Notes under the pieces: model-generated | The model's database searches: none | What the model saw: the letters and a program-made list of their open reading frames with translations, nothing else | Told to the model about the DNA's origin: nothing | Position numbers and translations under genes: made by a program | Part shown: one piece after another, positions 1 to 11,391 of the stretch | Layout: every line of letters starts with the position of its first letter | Position numbering within the stretch: position 1 is the stretch's first letter | Assembly: GCA_042408215.1 (NCBI GenBank) | Contig: JAYFMW010000007.1 | Coordinates: forward strand, 192,001-256,000 | Reading direction: 5' to 3' | Length of the DNA: 64,000 nt | Source: Microcoleus sp. | Lineage (GTDB): Bacteria; Cyanobacteriota; Cyanobacteriia; Cyanobacteriales; Microcoleaceae

Positions 1-43
1 GCGTTACACCGTGCAGAAACTCGAAAAAACCCGGTTTCTCGAC

Positions 44-3000
44 TCACCCGCGAAAGGTGCGATAGGCCGCTAATGCTGCTTGTTTCACGGTTTCGGGGAC
101 GATCGGAAAAGTAGTCAAAATATACGCAAATTCGGCTTCGGTTAAGCCGTAAAGGTGGGCGATGATGCCGTCTAATTCGGCTCGCAATTGAGCGCGTTCT
201 GTTTCATCGGTAACGCCTTCTCGGTGCGAGTTTAAGCCGACTTCTTGGGCTAATTCGTCAAATTCTGGGGCGGTGCAGATTAGTTTGGCGGCGCGTTGTA
301 CGATGTCGGTGAAGTATTTGTCACCTGATGTTAATCGCGGTACAGGAAGTTGATAAATATAGAAAAAGTTAAGATTTGTCGATACTCGCTGACGAAAAGC
401 ACAATCAATTACATAGCTATTCATCACTGACATAAAAAAGAGTTCAGCTTGACAATCTGGTTTTAGCTGTTCGCTATATTTGATGACGGCCGTTGGCAAC
501 TTATGATTGCAAAAAACTTCCCGTGGCAACATAGTCATAATCATTGTCCGTTCATTAGTGCTGGATGCAATATCTCTAAATGCCAGACGATAAGTTTGAT
601 AATTTAACTTTTGTCCTATATCTGTTTCATTGCGTTTCAATAATGCTTTGCGCCCTTCATCCTCATCTATCCAGTATTTTGGTTTCCCCATAGATGAGTA
701 AACTGATGAATCATTTTACCTTCATAAAGTGGCAGTCTCCCTTTCCCTGGTTCTTGCTTGAATAAATGACTGTCATTAGTCATGTGAAATTCCGCAGTTA
801 ACCGCAGATTCCATTTCCCCTCAATCTGTTCACCCAGCAAAGGGAATTGCAGCATTTTCTCAGCAATCCGAATATCCCCCTCATTTTTAAACTCCATCAC
901 CGAGAGAGAGTCAGGAGATAACTTCCGCACTAATTCAACGTTAACTTGCAAGCTATCAGCACTAGGAAATCTTTGCAGTTCATCCACATCAAGACGCATA
1001 AAAGCTGAGGGAAACTCAGTGGTTATCCCATCCTTCTCAAAAGTAAGAACAACTATTTTAAAACTCTTATGAACTCCTTCAAAAATTGTTTTACGATTTT
1101 CTAAACAAAATAACCCCGTGACTTTGGTTTGACTAAATAACATCTCCCGCAATTGCTTCGTACCCAAGTCAGTGTAAATGCCACTAGGGATAACAATCCC
1201 ACACTCGCCACCTCTGCGTAAGAGATTAAAACATTGCTCTACAAAAAGTTTATAGAGGTTAATATCCGTACCTGCTTTTTTACCATTGACAATCGAAATC
1301 TGATTTTTGTACTGTTCCGCTGAACGATAATAAGCACTGATATGAGGAAAATTGCTCTGATATTCCAACCAAGCATTAGAAACATCAATATCTTGCAGGA
1401 GTTTTTTTTGCTCTTTCTCGAAACTCTTAATATCCATCTTCTTTTTCGTCACTAAGTTGCTATAACTAGCAAAAAACTCCTTAGCATCTGGCTTAAAAAT
1501 TTCCCAAGGTGGATTAGTAATAATCGCATCAAAACCGCCCCGCTGATGCAAAATTTCATCAAACTCATAGCCCCAGTGAAAAGGCTTCAAAGCTTCAATA
1601 TCAGCGAGAGTCAGGGTACGCTTAATCGGCTTACCGCTAATCTGTGCTTGTTCAAACTTAATTTTTAACTCCTTGAAATCTTCCAACAAAATCTTATTAA
1701 TATTTTCGATAGCCGGCGCTTTCTTTTCGGCAATTTCATCTCGTAAACTCTGCAAGTTTTGGCTATAGGTAGTCGCATGACGGTAAATAGAGATTAGACG
1801 GTTTTTCTCCTCTAATACTTGTCTGTATGTCTTGTGAAACAAATTTAACTGAGTTCCACTTCCTTCATATTCTGCGTCATCTACCCGCAGTAATCCAATT
1901 AAGGAATTGCCCGCCATAATGTTAAAATCAATATTCGGCAACGGTTCCAAGTCGTTGACATTCTGCGCGGCCGAAACTAAGGCTAAAAACAGTCGCAATT
2001 TAGCAATTTCCACTGCTTCCGGCATGATATCCACGCCGTAGAGATTGTCGCTAATAATTCGTTTTTTGATGTAGTAGTTGAGTGATGTATGCTCTTTTTC
2101 GATGTCTTTTAGCAAGTCATTAAGGTAGCGATCGTTTAAAAATTTGCTTGTACCGATGACTGTTGAATAGATGTAAATTAGCGTTTTCATCGCTGCGACT
2201 AAAAACGCGCCGGAACCGCAGGCTGGGTCTAATAATGTTAAGTTTGGGAGGATTTCTGTTAGCAGGCTGCGGCAGAGATTGGCGTCGAGATTGGTGAGGA
2301 GTTCGGTGATGGTTTCAAAGTGATGGGGAGATCCCCCCCGGCCCCCCTTAAGAAGGGGGGAGGAAGAGTTGGATGCGTTGTCTTGTTGATGAAGAGATCC
2401 CCCCCGGCCCCCCTTAGTAAGGGGGGAGGAAGAGTTGGAGGAAGAGAGATTATTGACTTTATCGAGGATTAGTTTGTTGATTGTGCGATCGCACAAATAT
2501 TCAGTAATCTCCGGCCTGGTATAATAAGCACCAAAGGCTTTTTGGTTAATGTATTTCTCAAAGATGTATCCCAAAACCGCCGGATTAATTTCGTTTTCCT
2601 TCCCGCCCACTGTATCGTCAAGATTCCAAGAATAGGCGGCAAATAAATTAAATATTTTCTCAAAAGCAGCATCGGGTATGGCGATATTCGGATAATTTTG
2701 TTCGATGGGATGTTCGAGAAACAGTCCCCCATTCAAATATTTAACATCGCCGATTAATTCTTTAACGCCTTCCTCCCGCAAATCGAGAGGTTTAGCAAAT
2801 CCCTCAAAAAACAGTGTTTTCAAGAATTCTGAGTAAAATAAATCCGTTCCCCGCTGCTTGCTTTCGGCTAACTTTTCCTGCAAGTACAGCATTTTGCCGC
2901 TGTCGATAAATCCTTTGCGCTGCAAAAAATAAACAAACATCAAGCGGTTGAGTAAAACCGAAGTATACCAGCGTCTATCTGTTTCTTTGTCAATGCCGCG

Positions 3001-3546
3001 AATCACACTTAAAAATTCAACGTGTTGCTGTTTAAACTCTTCAAAAAACTTTTTAGTTACTCGTTCGACATCCAAGCCAGCCTGCAATCTTTGGGCGACA
3101 TCAATCACCGAAAGCGTTTCTAATTCTTCTAAATCAACCTTTAAAGCTGTCACTTTACTCAGCAGCAAATCGCAAGGTTCCCGTTTCACGTATACATGAT
3201 CGCGGGGATAAAGTTTTGTACCTTCGCGCTTCACCCAATACCAGAGACATTTGGTGCGATTTTTGTCAATAAAAATCAACAGATTTTCGGCGGAAATTTG
3301 GACTATTTCGCGATAAATCGTCAGTCTTTGGGCGCTGTTGGGGATATTTCCGCTATCGGCGATAATTTCATATACAACTACTCCGTTAAGTTGGGCGATG
3401 GCTTTTCGGGAATAAGTCTCGCCTTCTATTTCTACAGATACGGTTTTGTGGGATGATGGATTATCCCAACCGAGTTTTTGGACGAATAGTTTGTTGAATT
3501 CAAAGTCTTGGAGAAGTTCGCGGGATTCTTTAAGTGTTTGTGGCAT
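44..3546 (-). pseudogene. Eco57I/Type IIG-like N6-adenine DNA methyltransferase with C-terminal target-recognition region, split by a -1 frameshift near 680-691 (ORFs 667..3546 and 44..691)
   Basis: Motif I LDPACGSGAFL, motif IV IITNPPW, GAYYT and YGVDI are present. The downstream ORF continues the typical C-terminus (RLAFRDIASSTNERT...RAELDGIIAHLYGL). Start placed at ATG 3546 (MPQTLKES) because the longer N-terminus is translated repeat DNA. Confidence 0.85.
2328..2439. repeat. Two copies (66-bp period) of a GC hairpin repeat inserted in frame in the methyltransferase
   Basis: gagatccccccc-ggcccccctt(aag/agt)aaggggggaggaagagttgga at 2328-2373 and 2394-2439; translates as SNSSSPL(T/L)KGGRGGS twice. 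Confidence 0.9.
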
Positions 3547-3559
3547 GGTTATATATATG

Positions 3560-3648
3560 AAGGAAGTTCGGCAACGGATTCTGTAACGGATGTAACGGAT
3601 GTAACGGATGTTTGGCAACGGATTTTGTAACGGATTTAACGGATGTTA
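3560..3648 (+). repeat. Dispersed TAACGGAT(G/T) repeat element
   Basis: aggaagttcggcaacggatt followed by 9-bp taacggatg units; the same element occurs at 9738-9790 and inverted at 9851-9912 and 9955-10008. Confidence 0.85.
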
Positions 3649-3669
3649 TGGAATTAGGGGTGGGTGGTT

Positions 3670-3828
3670 AGAAACCGGGTTTTTGCGAGAATACTGGTTG
3701 ATAGCCTTTAATCTCGGAAAAAACCCGGTTTCTTGGGCGGAGTCGCTAAATCGATAAATCAGAAACCGGGTTTTTACTGAATTTGCGGGCTACAGCGAAG
3801 TATTTTCGCAAAAACCCGGTTTCTCGAC
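3670..3828. repeat. Two copies of the AGAAACCGGGTTTT...AAAACCCGGTTTCT palindromic repeat
   Basis: Inverted termini at 3670-3733 and 3761-3824; further copies at 14879-14944 and a partial one at 24-43. Confidence 0.85.
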
Positions 3829-3837
3829 TCCCAATAA

Positions 3838-6800
3838 TTATTTCTCCTGAAACAAGCCTAAAGAACAAATAATCATTGGTTCCCGTTTGTCTTCGTCTTC
3901 ATTGACTATACACAAACGGTCGTCCATCCGCAAACCCACGACTAATTCAGCTAATTGTCGATCGCCAATTCCGCTTTTTAACTGCCGATTTAACGTGTCA
4001 ATTGCGGACTGGCGCAGGGGATAGCGGTAAATTTCATCGATGGCTTTTGACAAATCATCGGATGCAAATATTGTACCATTCATTTCCTTAAAGTAACTTT
4101 TCAAACGTTCGTATGTTCGGAACCGGGCCCCGGAAGGCCTGCCCAATTGTCCGCCCGCAGTTAACTCTTCTTCTGCTATCAACTCTGCACCTTTTGTGAC
4201 TAATTCGTGATGCTGTTTGTCTCTGGGAATTGCTGGTGTCGCTTCGTCGCAGGCTGCAATTCTGAGGATGCCGAGTTGCGATTGACTAACGCTATTGCTA
4301 TCGCGATCGACCCAAATTAACGAATCATTTCCCTCGGCGGTTTTCATGTACAATAAAACTCCTTCTGGTTGCAAGGGTGCGGGAGTATGATTGCGAGTTG
4401 AATAAACTACATTTGGCATTGACTCAATGGTTTTTTTCAAAATTGGGTTGTTGTCCGTGGCATTTTTCCAAATTTGAAAAGCTTCCGATGTTAAGTCAAC
4501 TTCGGCATCTTCTTCTCCATCTAAAATACCGGATTTTTCATTGTAAATATCGAGAATAATTTGTGGTGAATCGTCCTCAAAAAATGCCTCGTCGGTTCCG
4601 ACAACTTCGGCATTTTCTTGCAAGCGTCGGCGCAGTCTTTCGCGCAGGTTGATAATGCGATCGACTCCTTCGTCTGGCAAAAACGAATAGCACAAAATGC
4701 GATCGGCTTGCTGTCCGATTCTGTCCACTCTTCCCGCCCGCTGAATCAACCGAATAATTGCCCAAGGTAAGTCATAATTAACGATAATCGCACTGTCTTG
4801 TAAGTTGTGACCTTCACTCAGAATATCGGTGGTAATTAAGATTCGCAATTCTCGTTCTGGGGAGATTTTGTCACGCTTACCGTTGCTAGTCGGACTAAAC
4901 CGAAATGTGAGTTCGGTGGGGTCTTTTGATTTACCTGTCACCGATGCGGTGCCCGCAATATTTAGCTTAGTTAAATTATCAGTTATATAGCGGACTGTAT
5001 CGGCAAACTGAGTAAAAATTAATACTTTCTCGCGGGGGTGAGTTTCTGTCAGCAATTTCACCAAAGCAGCTAATTTTTCATCTGGTTGAGAATGCCATTC
5101 ACCGCAAGTTTGCAAGACTTCAATCAGACAGCGGGCATCTGCTAGCAAATCCCGTTTTAACTTCTTGGTATCAAAAAAGTCAGATTTGAGCCATTTAAAC
5201 CTGCGCGGGTAGCGCGTTTGATATTCTCGATAAACAACTTCTGCCCGCTGTTTAAAACTCTTTTCGCTTAACAGCAATTCTGCTTCAATATCTAAAGTTT
5301 CGCCCGCATCATCTTCGATTTCTTCGCTTTCAAAACTGCTAACCACCACAGAATCAGCATCTTCATCGCTGTTGCGGGTATCCAACAAGTCTGCATCCTG
5401 GGTGCCGATCGGAATATCGCAGTTTTGGTCGATCGCATATAAGTAGATAAAATTCCGCAGGATGTGGCGCTCGATCGACTGAATAAAGGCACTACCGCTG
5501 CTTTCTAGGCGTTTAAACAGGTTTGTCCGCGAAAATCCCATTAACCGGCGACCCCCACGGAATAAGGCATTTAACTGCCGCTGTTCTGCTTCAGTCGGCT
5601 GTTGTTTGGGTTTTTTGGCGATGTAATTTCCCAGCCCGTAACGCGGCAGATTTAGTGCATTGATGACTTCGACAATTTCCTCAAAGTCAAGCTGGGAGTT
5701 AGTTGCGGAAGTTTCCGAGGAAAACTTAATGGTTCTTGGAATGCGATCGGGAAAATAGGAGCGCGTGCGATCCTCTTCGAGGGCTTCGCTAACGGCAAAT
5801 TCTAGATATTTGCGCTTCTTCTCTGCGTCAGTTTCCGCATAATTTTCTTTAATAAAAGAGCGAGTGCGCCTCACCATATAGCGCTTCATCAAATCTCGCC
5901 AATCATCAGGATGTTCGCTTTTTTCAAAAGCAGCCAAAGAGCGCACGGGACATTGATGCCGCTTAATAAATTCTAACTCTCCTTGACTGCCTCCGCCCAA
6001 TTGATTGAGCAAAGCTTCGGGCCGCAATCCTAAATTTTGGTCTTCAGGAATAAACAGCCGCAACTGAGAAGATAAATCTAAATAGGTTTTGTTGTAGGGA
6101 GTTGCTGAAAGCAAAATACATTTACTTTCGTTGATTGCAATATATTCTTGAATCGCTCGATATCGCTTGCCTTCTCGGTTTCTGAGGTTGTGACTTTCAT
6201 CGATTAAGACAACTCGATAGCGGCGCAATTCTGGCAATTCTTGCTGCACCAGACTGATGGATAAGACTTTGGCGCCAGCAGGCGATATTTATAATTCATA
6301 CTCATCCCACATTTTCACCAAGTTTTTGGGACAAATAATCAGGGTTTCCAAGAAACAGTCTTCTTGTAAAATTTTGGCGATCGCCGTACCGACTAAAGTT
6401 TTACCCAACCCTACAACGTCGCCAATAATTACGCCTCCCCGTCTGGTAATGTGACGGGCGGCTAACTTAACGGCTTCTTCTTGAAATTTAAATAAACCCT
6501 TAAAAGCGCGGGGAATCTGAAACTCAGCAATACCTGCGATCGCCTCGCGGGACAAATGATAGACAATGTTGAGATAGATGTGATAAGGTGGAATTAGTTC
6601 GGATCTCGCCCAACTGCGATCGATAATTTCTGCAAGTTCTTTGGAAATATCAACACAGCCATATTCTTCCCAGCGATCGTCAAACCATTTTTGCAACTTA
6701 TTACAAGCATCAAAATCTAAAATATCAATGTTCAATTCTCCTTGTTTCGATAGTCCCGATAAAGTCAGATTGCTGCTGCCCAAAAAACCTACAATTGGGC

Positions 6801-7254
6801 TGTTTGGGTCTTGACGATGAACGAGATAAAGTTTAGCGTGCAGTGGGTAAGCTAAGAATAATTTAACAATAACTTTTCCGCTTTTAATCTGATAGCTTAA
6901 CCTGCGTAAGCCCTGCTCGTCGCGATCGTTGGGAGCGCCGATCGTCAACTGGTGGCGAAATTCCTCAGCCATCCGTTTTTTGAGCCGAATAATGGCATTA
7001 TTGTCAATCCCCCCGTGATGGGAAATTAGGCTAAAACTAGCATTCAATTCATCGGCAGGCAAACTTTGCATTCCCACCAAAAGGCGGCAGCAGGCTCCTT
7101 GATTTCCCACATATGCTTCGATTAAATCGCCAATGTTCCGCCATCCCCGAAGGTTGAAATAGCCAACGCAAAAATCGGCGCGATAGGAGAGTTTAATGGT
7201 TTCTCGTAATGCTGGTAGCAGCGATTGTTCGATGTTGTCAAAAATGCGCGGCAC
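3838..7254 (-). pseudogene. PLD-family nuclease fused to SF2/SNF2-like helicase, interrupted by an in-frame TAA at 6289-6291 (ORFs 6289..7254 and 3838..6249)
   Basis: HAKLY...GSSNLT (PLD), GDVVGLGKT (Walker A), IDESH, SATP and QRAGRVDRIG. Both ORFs share one frame with 13 sense codons between the stop and the GTG at 6249. Start GTG 7254 (MPRIFDNI) has AGAGGA upstream. Confidence 0.85.
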
Positions 7255-7624
7255 TTGGTTTCCTCTGTGATGATTAATGTTGGTCAAAAAAAGTTGTATC
7301 CCCTACTTTAAGAAGAAGTCGGGGATTGGGGTATTCTGTTTTATAACTTTTAATTGTGAGTATAGAACTGATTTTAATATTTATTTGATACTGGTCATTA
7401 TAATTAATTCCTTAATTTGCTCTCCATTCTAATCAATTTGCTCCTCGGTTGCTGCGCCAAAGCCGCTCGAACAAAGGGCGATCGCACCCAACCAACCCCA
7501 GCCGCTAGCCCCAAGTGAGGGAATCCCCCGCAGCCCCCGCTTCTCGACGCGGTACAATAAATGCAATCATACTTACGCTTATATTGAAAAAGTTACACAC
7601 AACGCCACAGGAGACAACAGACGC

Positions 7625-9736
7625 ATGGGTAAAGTAGTTGGCATTGACCTCGGAACAACAAACTCAGTAGTAGCCGTCATGGAAGGCGGCAAACCGGTTG
7701 TGATTGCCAATGCAGAAGGGATGCGGACAACTCCCTCGGTAGTTGCTTTCACAAAGGAAGGAGAACGCCTTGTCGGACAGATGGCCAGACGACAAACTGT
7801 TCTCAACCCACAAAACACGTTTTACGCCGTCAAACGGTACATCGGACGCAAATATACCGAACTGACTCCAGAAGCAAAGCGCGTCCCTTACACAACTCGT
7901 CGCGACGACAACGGGAACATCAAAATCAAGTGTCCTCGCCTGAAAAAAGATTTTGCCCCAGAGGAAATTTCGGCGATGGTTTTGCGGAAGTTGGCCGATG
8001 AAGCCAGCCGCTATCTCGGACAAGAAGTGACGGGGGCTGTAATTACTGTTCCCGCTTATTTCAACGACTCCCAGCGACAGGCGACGCGGGATGCGGGACG
8101 AATTGCCGGACTTGATGTCAAACGGATTTTAAATGAGCCGACAGCGGCTTCTTTGGCTTACGGTTTGGAGAGGCGAGAAAGTCAAACTATTTTAGTGTTT
8201 GATTTGGGCGGTGGCACTTTTGATGTGTCGATTTTAGATGTGGGAGATGGAGTATTTGAAGTTAAAGCAACTAGCGGCGATACTCAATTGGGCGGCAATG
8301 ATTTTGACTCCAAAATTGTGGATTGGTTGGCAGAACAATTCTTAGAAAAAGAAGGCATCGATCTGCGACGCAACCGCCAAGCTTTGCAGCGCTTGATCGA
8401 AGCATCAGAAAAAGCGAAAATAGAGCTGTCGGGAGTGGGCGCTACAGACATTAATTTGCCCTTTATTGATGCCAATGAAGATGGCCCTTTGCATCTGGAA
8501 ACGAGGCTGACTCGCGGTCAATTTGAGGGGCTATGCAGTGATTTAGTGCAGCGGCTGCGTCGCCCGGTTAAACAAGCTTTGGCTGATGCAAATTTGAGTC
8601 CTTCTCGCATTGATGAAGTTGTGTTAGTTGGTGGTTCGACTCGCATTCCTTTGGTTCAGCAAATAGTTCGCAGTTTGATTGATAAAGAGCCGAATCAAAA
8701 TGTGAATCCCGATGAAGTTGTGGCGGTGGGTGCGGCAATTCAGGCGGGGATTTTGGCGGGCGATGTGCGGGATGTGCTGCTTTTGGATGTGACGCCGCTG
8801 TCCCTGGGTTTGGAAACGATCGGCGGTGTGATGAAAAAATTGATTCCTCGCAATACTACTATTCCAGTCAGGCGATCGGACATTTTTTCGACTGCTGAAA
8901 ACAACCAAACTGTGGTGGAAGTTCACATCATCCAAGGTGAACGGGAATTAGGCAGGGATAATAAGTCTTTGGGACGGTTTAAACTGACTGGAATTCCGCC
9001 GGCACCACGGGGAATTCCGCAGGTACAAGTAGCTTTTGATATTGATGCTAACGGGATGCTGTTGGTGACAGCTTTGGACAAAACTACTGGTAGGGAACAA
9101 AGTATTACTGTGCAAGGTGCTTCCACGTTGTCTCAGCAAGAAGTGAATCAAATGATTCGCGATGCTGAACAGTTTGCTCAAGCTGATAAGTTGCAGCGGG
9201 AAAGGGTGGATAAACGCAATCGCTCTGAGGCTTTGGCTTATCAGGCTGAGCGGCAGTTGCGAGAAGTTGCGCTCGATCGCGGAATGCAGTTTGCTCAAAG
9301 AAATCGCCAGCGAATTGAAACTTTAATTCGGGAATTGCGAGACAGTTTGGAACGCAATGATGAGCGGGGAGTCGATCAAGTTGGTTCGGATTTGCAGGAT
9401 GCTCTTTACGATTTGAGCCGGGAAGTTGCAGCGTTTGCGATGGATGATGACGATGATGATTTCTTTGAGTCTGTGAAGCGCACTTTTTCCGGCGAGGGTA
9501 GCAAGCGACGCAGCGATGACTATAGTAATGCTAAGCCCTATCGCCGATCGACTGTCGATCCAATTCCCGATCGTATGGGCGATCGTATGGGCGATCGGAT
9601 GGGCGATCGGATGGGCGATCGTATGGGCGATCGTATGGGCGATCGTATGGGCGATCGTAGAAGCAGCGCTAATCGCCCAAGTCGCCCTTATCAAAATCAA
9701 AGTGACGATTGGGATGATGACGACGATTGGCTCTAA
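7625..9736 (+). CDS. dnaK: Molecular chaperone DnaK, DnaK3-like paralogue with acidic C-terminal tail
   Basis: [25 protein letters not shown]; ends [10 protein letters not shown]; followed by a dnaJ gene. Confidence 0.97.
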   Translation: MGKVVGIDLGTTNSVVAVMEGGKPVVIANAEGMRTTPSVVAFTKEGERLVGQMARRQTVLNPQNTFYAVKRYIGRKYTELTPEAKRVPYTTRRDDNGNIKIKCPRLKKDFAPEEISAMVLRKLADEASRYLGQEVTGAVITVPAYFNDSQRQATRDAGRIAGLDVKRILNEPTAASLAYGLERRESQTILVFDLGGGTFDVSILDVGDGVFEVKATSGDTQLGGNDFDSKIVDWLAEQFLEKEGIDLRRNRQALQRLIEASEKAKIELSGVGATDINLPFIDANEDGPLHLETRLTRGQFEGLCSDLVQRLRRPVKQALADANLSPSRIDEVVLVGGSTRIPLVQQIVRSLIDKEPNQNVNPDEVVAVGAAIQAGILAGDVRDVLLLDVTPLSLGLETIGGVMKKLIPRNTTIPVRRSDIFSTAENNQTVVEVHIIQGERELGRDNKSLGRFKLTGIPPAPRGIPQVQVAFDIDANGMLLVTALDKTTGREQSITVQGASTLSQQEVNQMIRDAEQFAQADKLQRERVDKRNRSEALAYQAERQLREVALDRGMQFAQRNRQRIETLIRELRDSLERNDERGVDQVGSDLQDALYDLSREVAAFAMDDDDDDFFESVKRTFSGEGSKRRSDDYSNAKPYRRSTVDPIPDRMGDRMGDRMGDRMGDRMGDRMGDRMGDRRSSANRPSRPYQNQSDDWDDDDDWL
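9569..9658 (+). repeat. 12-bp coding tandem repeat, (DRMG)x7
   Basis: gatcg(t/g)atgggc seven times plus gatcgt, inside the dnaK 3' end. Confidence 0.95.
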
Positions 9737-9737
9737 T

Positions 9738-10008
9738 TGAAGGAAGAAGGAAGTTCGGCAACGGATTTTGTAACGGATTTAACGGATGTAAGAAAGAAGC
9801 AAGAGAACTGATTGTAATTGTAAGATATAGCACGGCTCTTTTCCTGCTAATACAAAATCCGTTGCCGAACTTCCCTCATCCATCTGTTACATCCACTACA
9901 TCCGTTACATCCATTAAATTCATTGCCGAACTTCCCTCATCCATCCATCCATCCATCTGTTATATCCGTTAAATCCGTTACAAAATCCGTTGCCGAACTT
10001 CTTCCTTC
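9738..10008. repeat. Inverted copies of the TAACGGAT element filling the dnaK-dnaJ spacer
   Basis: 9738-9790 is a near-perfect reverse complement of 9955-10008; a more degenerate inverted copy lies at 9851-9912. Confidence 0.85.
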
Positions 10009-10015
10009 TCCAACT

Positions 10016-11176
10016 ATGCAGAACTTTCGCAATTACTATCAAATTCTGGGAGTACCCAGAGATGCTTCGGCTGATGAAATCAAGAAAGCCTATCGACGGC
10101 TGGCGAGACAGTTGCACCCTGATGTAAATCCGGGGAATAAATCTGCTGAAGATAGGTTTAAGGATATTAATGAAGCTTACGATGTTCTTTCCGATCTCGA
10201 TAAGCGCGCTCAATACGATCAGTTTAGTAAATTCTGGAAGCAAAAAGGATTTCAAAGCAAACAAGGCGTGCGAATTCCCAATTTTTCGACCTGGGGAAAT
10301 GGCAAAGCTAGCAGCAAAAAAACAGCGGAGAATGTCGATTTTAGCGATTACTCTGATTTTAATAAATTTTTCGATCAAGTGCTCGGAAGACGCCGGGAAG
10401 TGAGGATGGCGACAGCGAATGATGCACCGCGAGTTCCCTCCTCGGAAACCTGGAGTACGGCTTCTAAGAAAACGAGTTATGTAGCTAATTCTAGGGAAGA
10501 TAGAAGGGATGTGGTCGATCGCGAAACCAGAAGAGATATGGACGATCGCGAAATTCGACGGGAAACAGTCGATCGCGAACCTAGACGGGAAACAGTCGAT
10601 CGCGAACCTAGACGGGAAACAGTCGATCGCGAACCTAGACGGGAAACAGTCGATCGCGAAACCAGAAGAGATATTGAGGCGAGGCTGACTTTGCCTTTGG
10701 AAAGGGCTTATTCCGGGGGAACCGAGCGAATTCGTCTGGAAGATGGGCGATCGATCGAGGTGACTATGCCTCCTGCTATGGTATCAGGCCAGCGGATTCG
10801 CTTGCGAAATCAAGGTATTGGCGGCGGGGATTTGTACTTGAAAATAACGGTTTCTCCCCATCCATTTTTCAGGTTAGAAATGTCGGATATTTGCTGCGAA
10901 TTACCACTGACTCCTAGTGAAGCGGTGTTGGGTGGAGATGTTGAAATACCGACGCTGGATGGTAGGGTGAAAATGAAATTGCCACCTGGAGTTACGTCTG
11001 GGAAGCAGTTGCGGCTGGCTAACAAGGGCTATCCGACGGGAAATGGCGATCGGGGCGATCAGCTAGTAGAAATTTTGGTATTAATTCCCAAGGAAATTAG
11101 CGCCGAAGAACGAGAATTGTACGAGAAATTGCGGCAGGTTGAGTCTTTTAAACCGCGTCAGGATTTATCTGTATAA
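10016..11176 (+). CDS. dnaJ: DnaJ-class co-chaperone without zinc finger (type II/CbpA-like)
   Basis: J-domain NYYQILGV...LHPDVN and a C-terminal DnaJ_C region. Start moved to ATG 10016 because the upstream extension is repeat DNA. Confidence 0.92.
   Translation: MQNFRNYYQILGVPRDASADEIKKAYRRLARQLHPDVNPGNKSAEDRFKDINEAYDVLSDLDKRAQYDQFSKFWKQKGFQSKQGVRIPNFSTWGNGKASSKKTAENVDFSDYSDFNKFFDQVLGRRREVRMATANDAPRVPSSETWSTASKKTSYVANSREDRRDVVDRETRRDMDDREIRRETVDREPRRETVDREPRRETVDREPRRETVDRETRRDIEARLTLPLERAYSGGTERIRLEDGRSIEVTMPPAMVSGQRIRLRNQGIGGGDLYLKITVSPHPFFRLEMSDICCELPLTPSEAVLGGDVEIPTLDGRVKMKLPPGVTSGKQLRLANKGYPTGNGDRGDQLVEILVLIPKEISAEERELYEKLRQVESFKPRQDLSV
10514..10672 (+). repeat. 27-bp coding tandem repeat ([13 protein letters not shown], about 6 copies)
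   Basis: gtcgatcgcgaacctagacgggaaaca units with degenerate outer copies. Confidence 0.92.
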
Positions 11177-11243
11177 TTGAGTTAATGGTTAATTGCTAAT
11201 TACTAATGGCAATTAATCCTGATAAAACAACAGAATACCTAGC

Positions 11244-11270
11244 TCCCCGACTTCTTAGAGAAGTCGGGGA
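11244..11270. terminator. Perfect 12-bp-stem hairpin after dnaJ (possible terminator or palindromic repeat)
   Basis: TCCCCGACTTCT-TAG-AGAAGTCGGGGA. There is no clear U-tract, and a degenerate copy at 7299-7325 suggests a repeat family. Confidence 0.5.
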
Positions 11271-11391
11271 TATCAAATAATCAGAAAATTTTTACTAAAT
11301 ATTTAAGTAAAATTACTGTTGTAATTATTGCTGAAATAGCTAATAATTTATAGCAAGGTAATTATTCCATAATCAGGAGCATTCTGCTACA

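Noticed and set aside
3547..3618. N-terminal extension MPNIRYIRYIRY of the methyltransferase ORF
   Set aside because: It is translated TAACGGATG repeat DNA; the same applies to 9923-10015 before dnaJ.
44..7254. Assignment as a complete DISARM or BREX system
   Set aside because: No drmA/B/C, pglZ or brxC genes in the window; sequence to the left is unseen.
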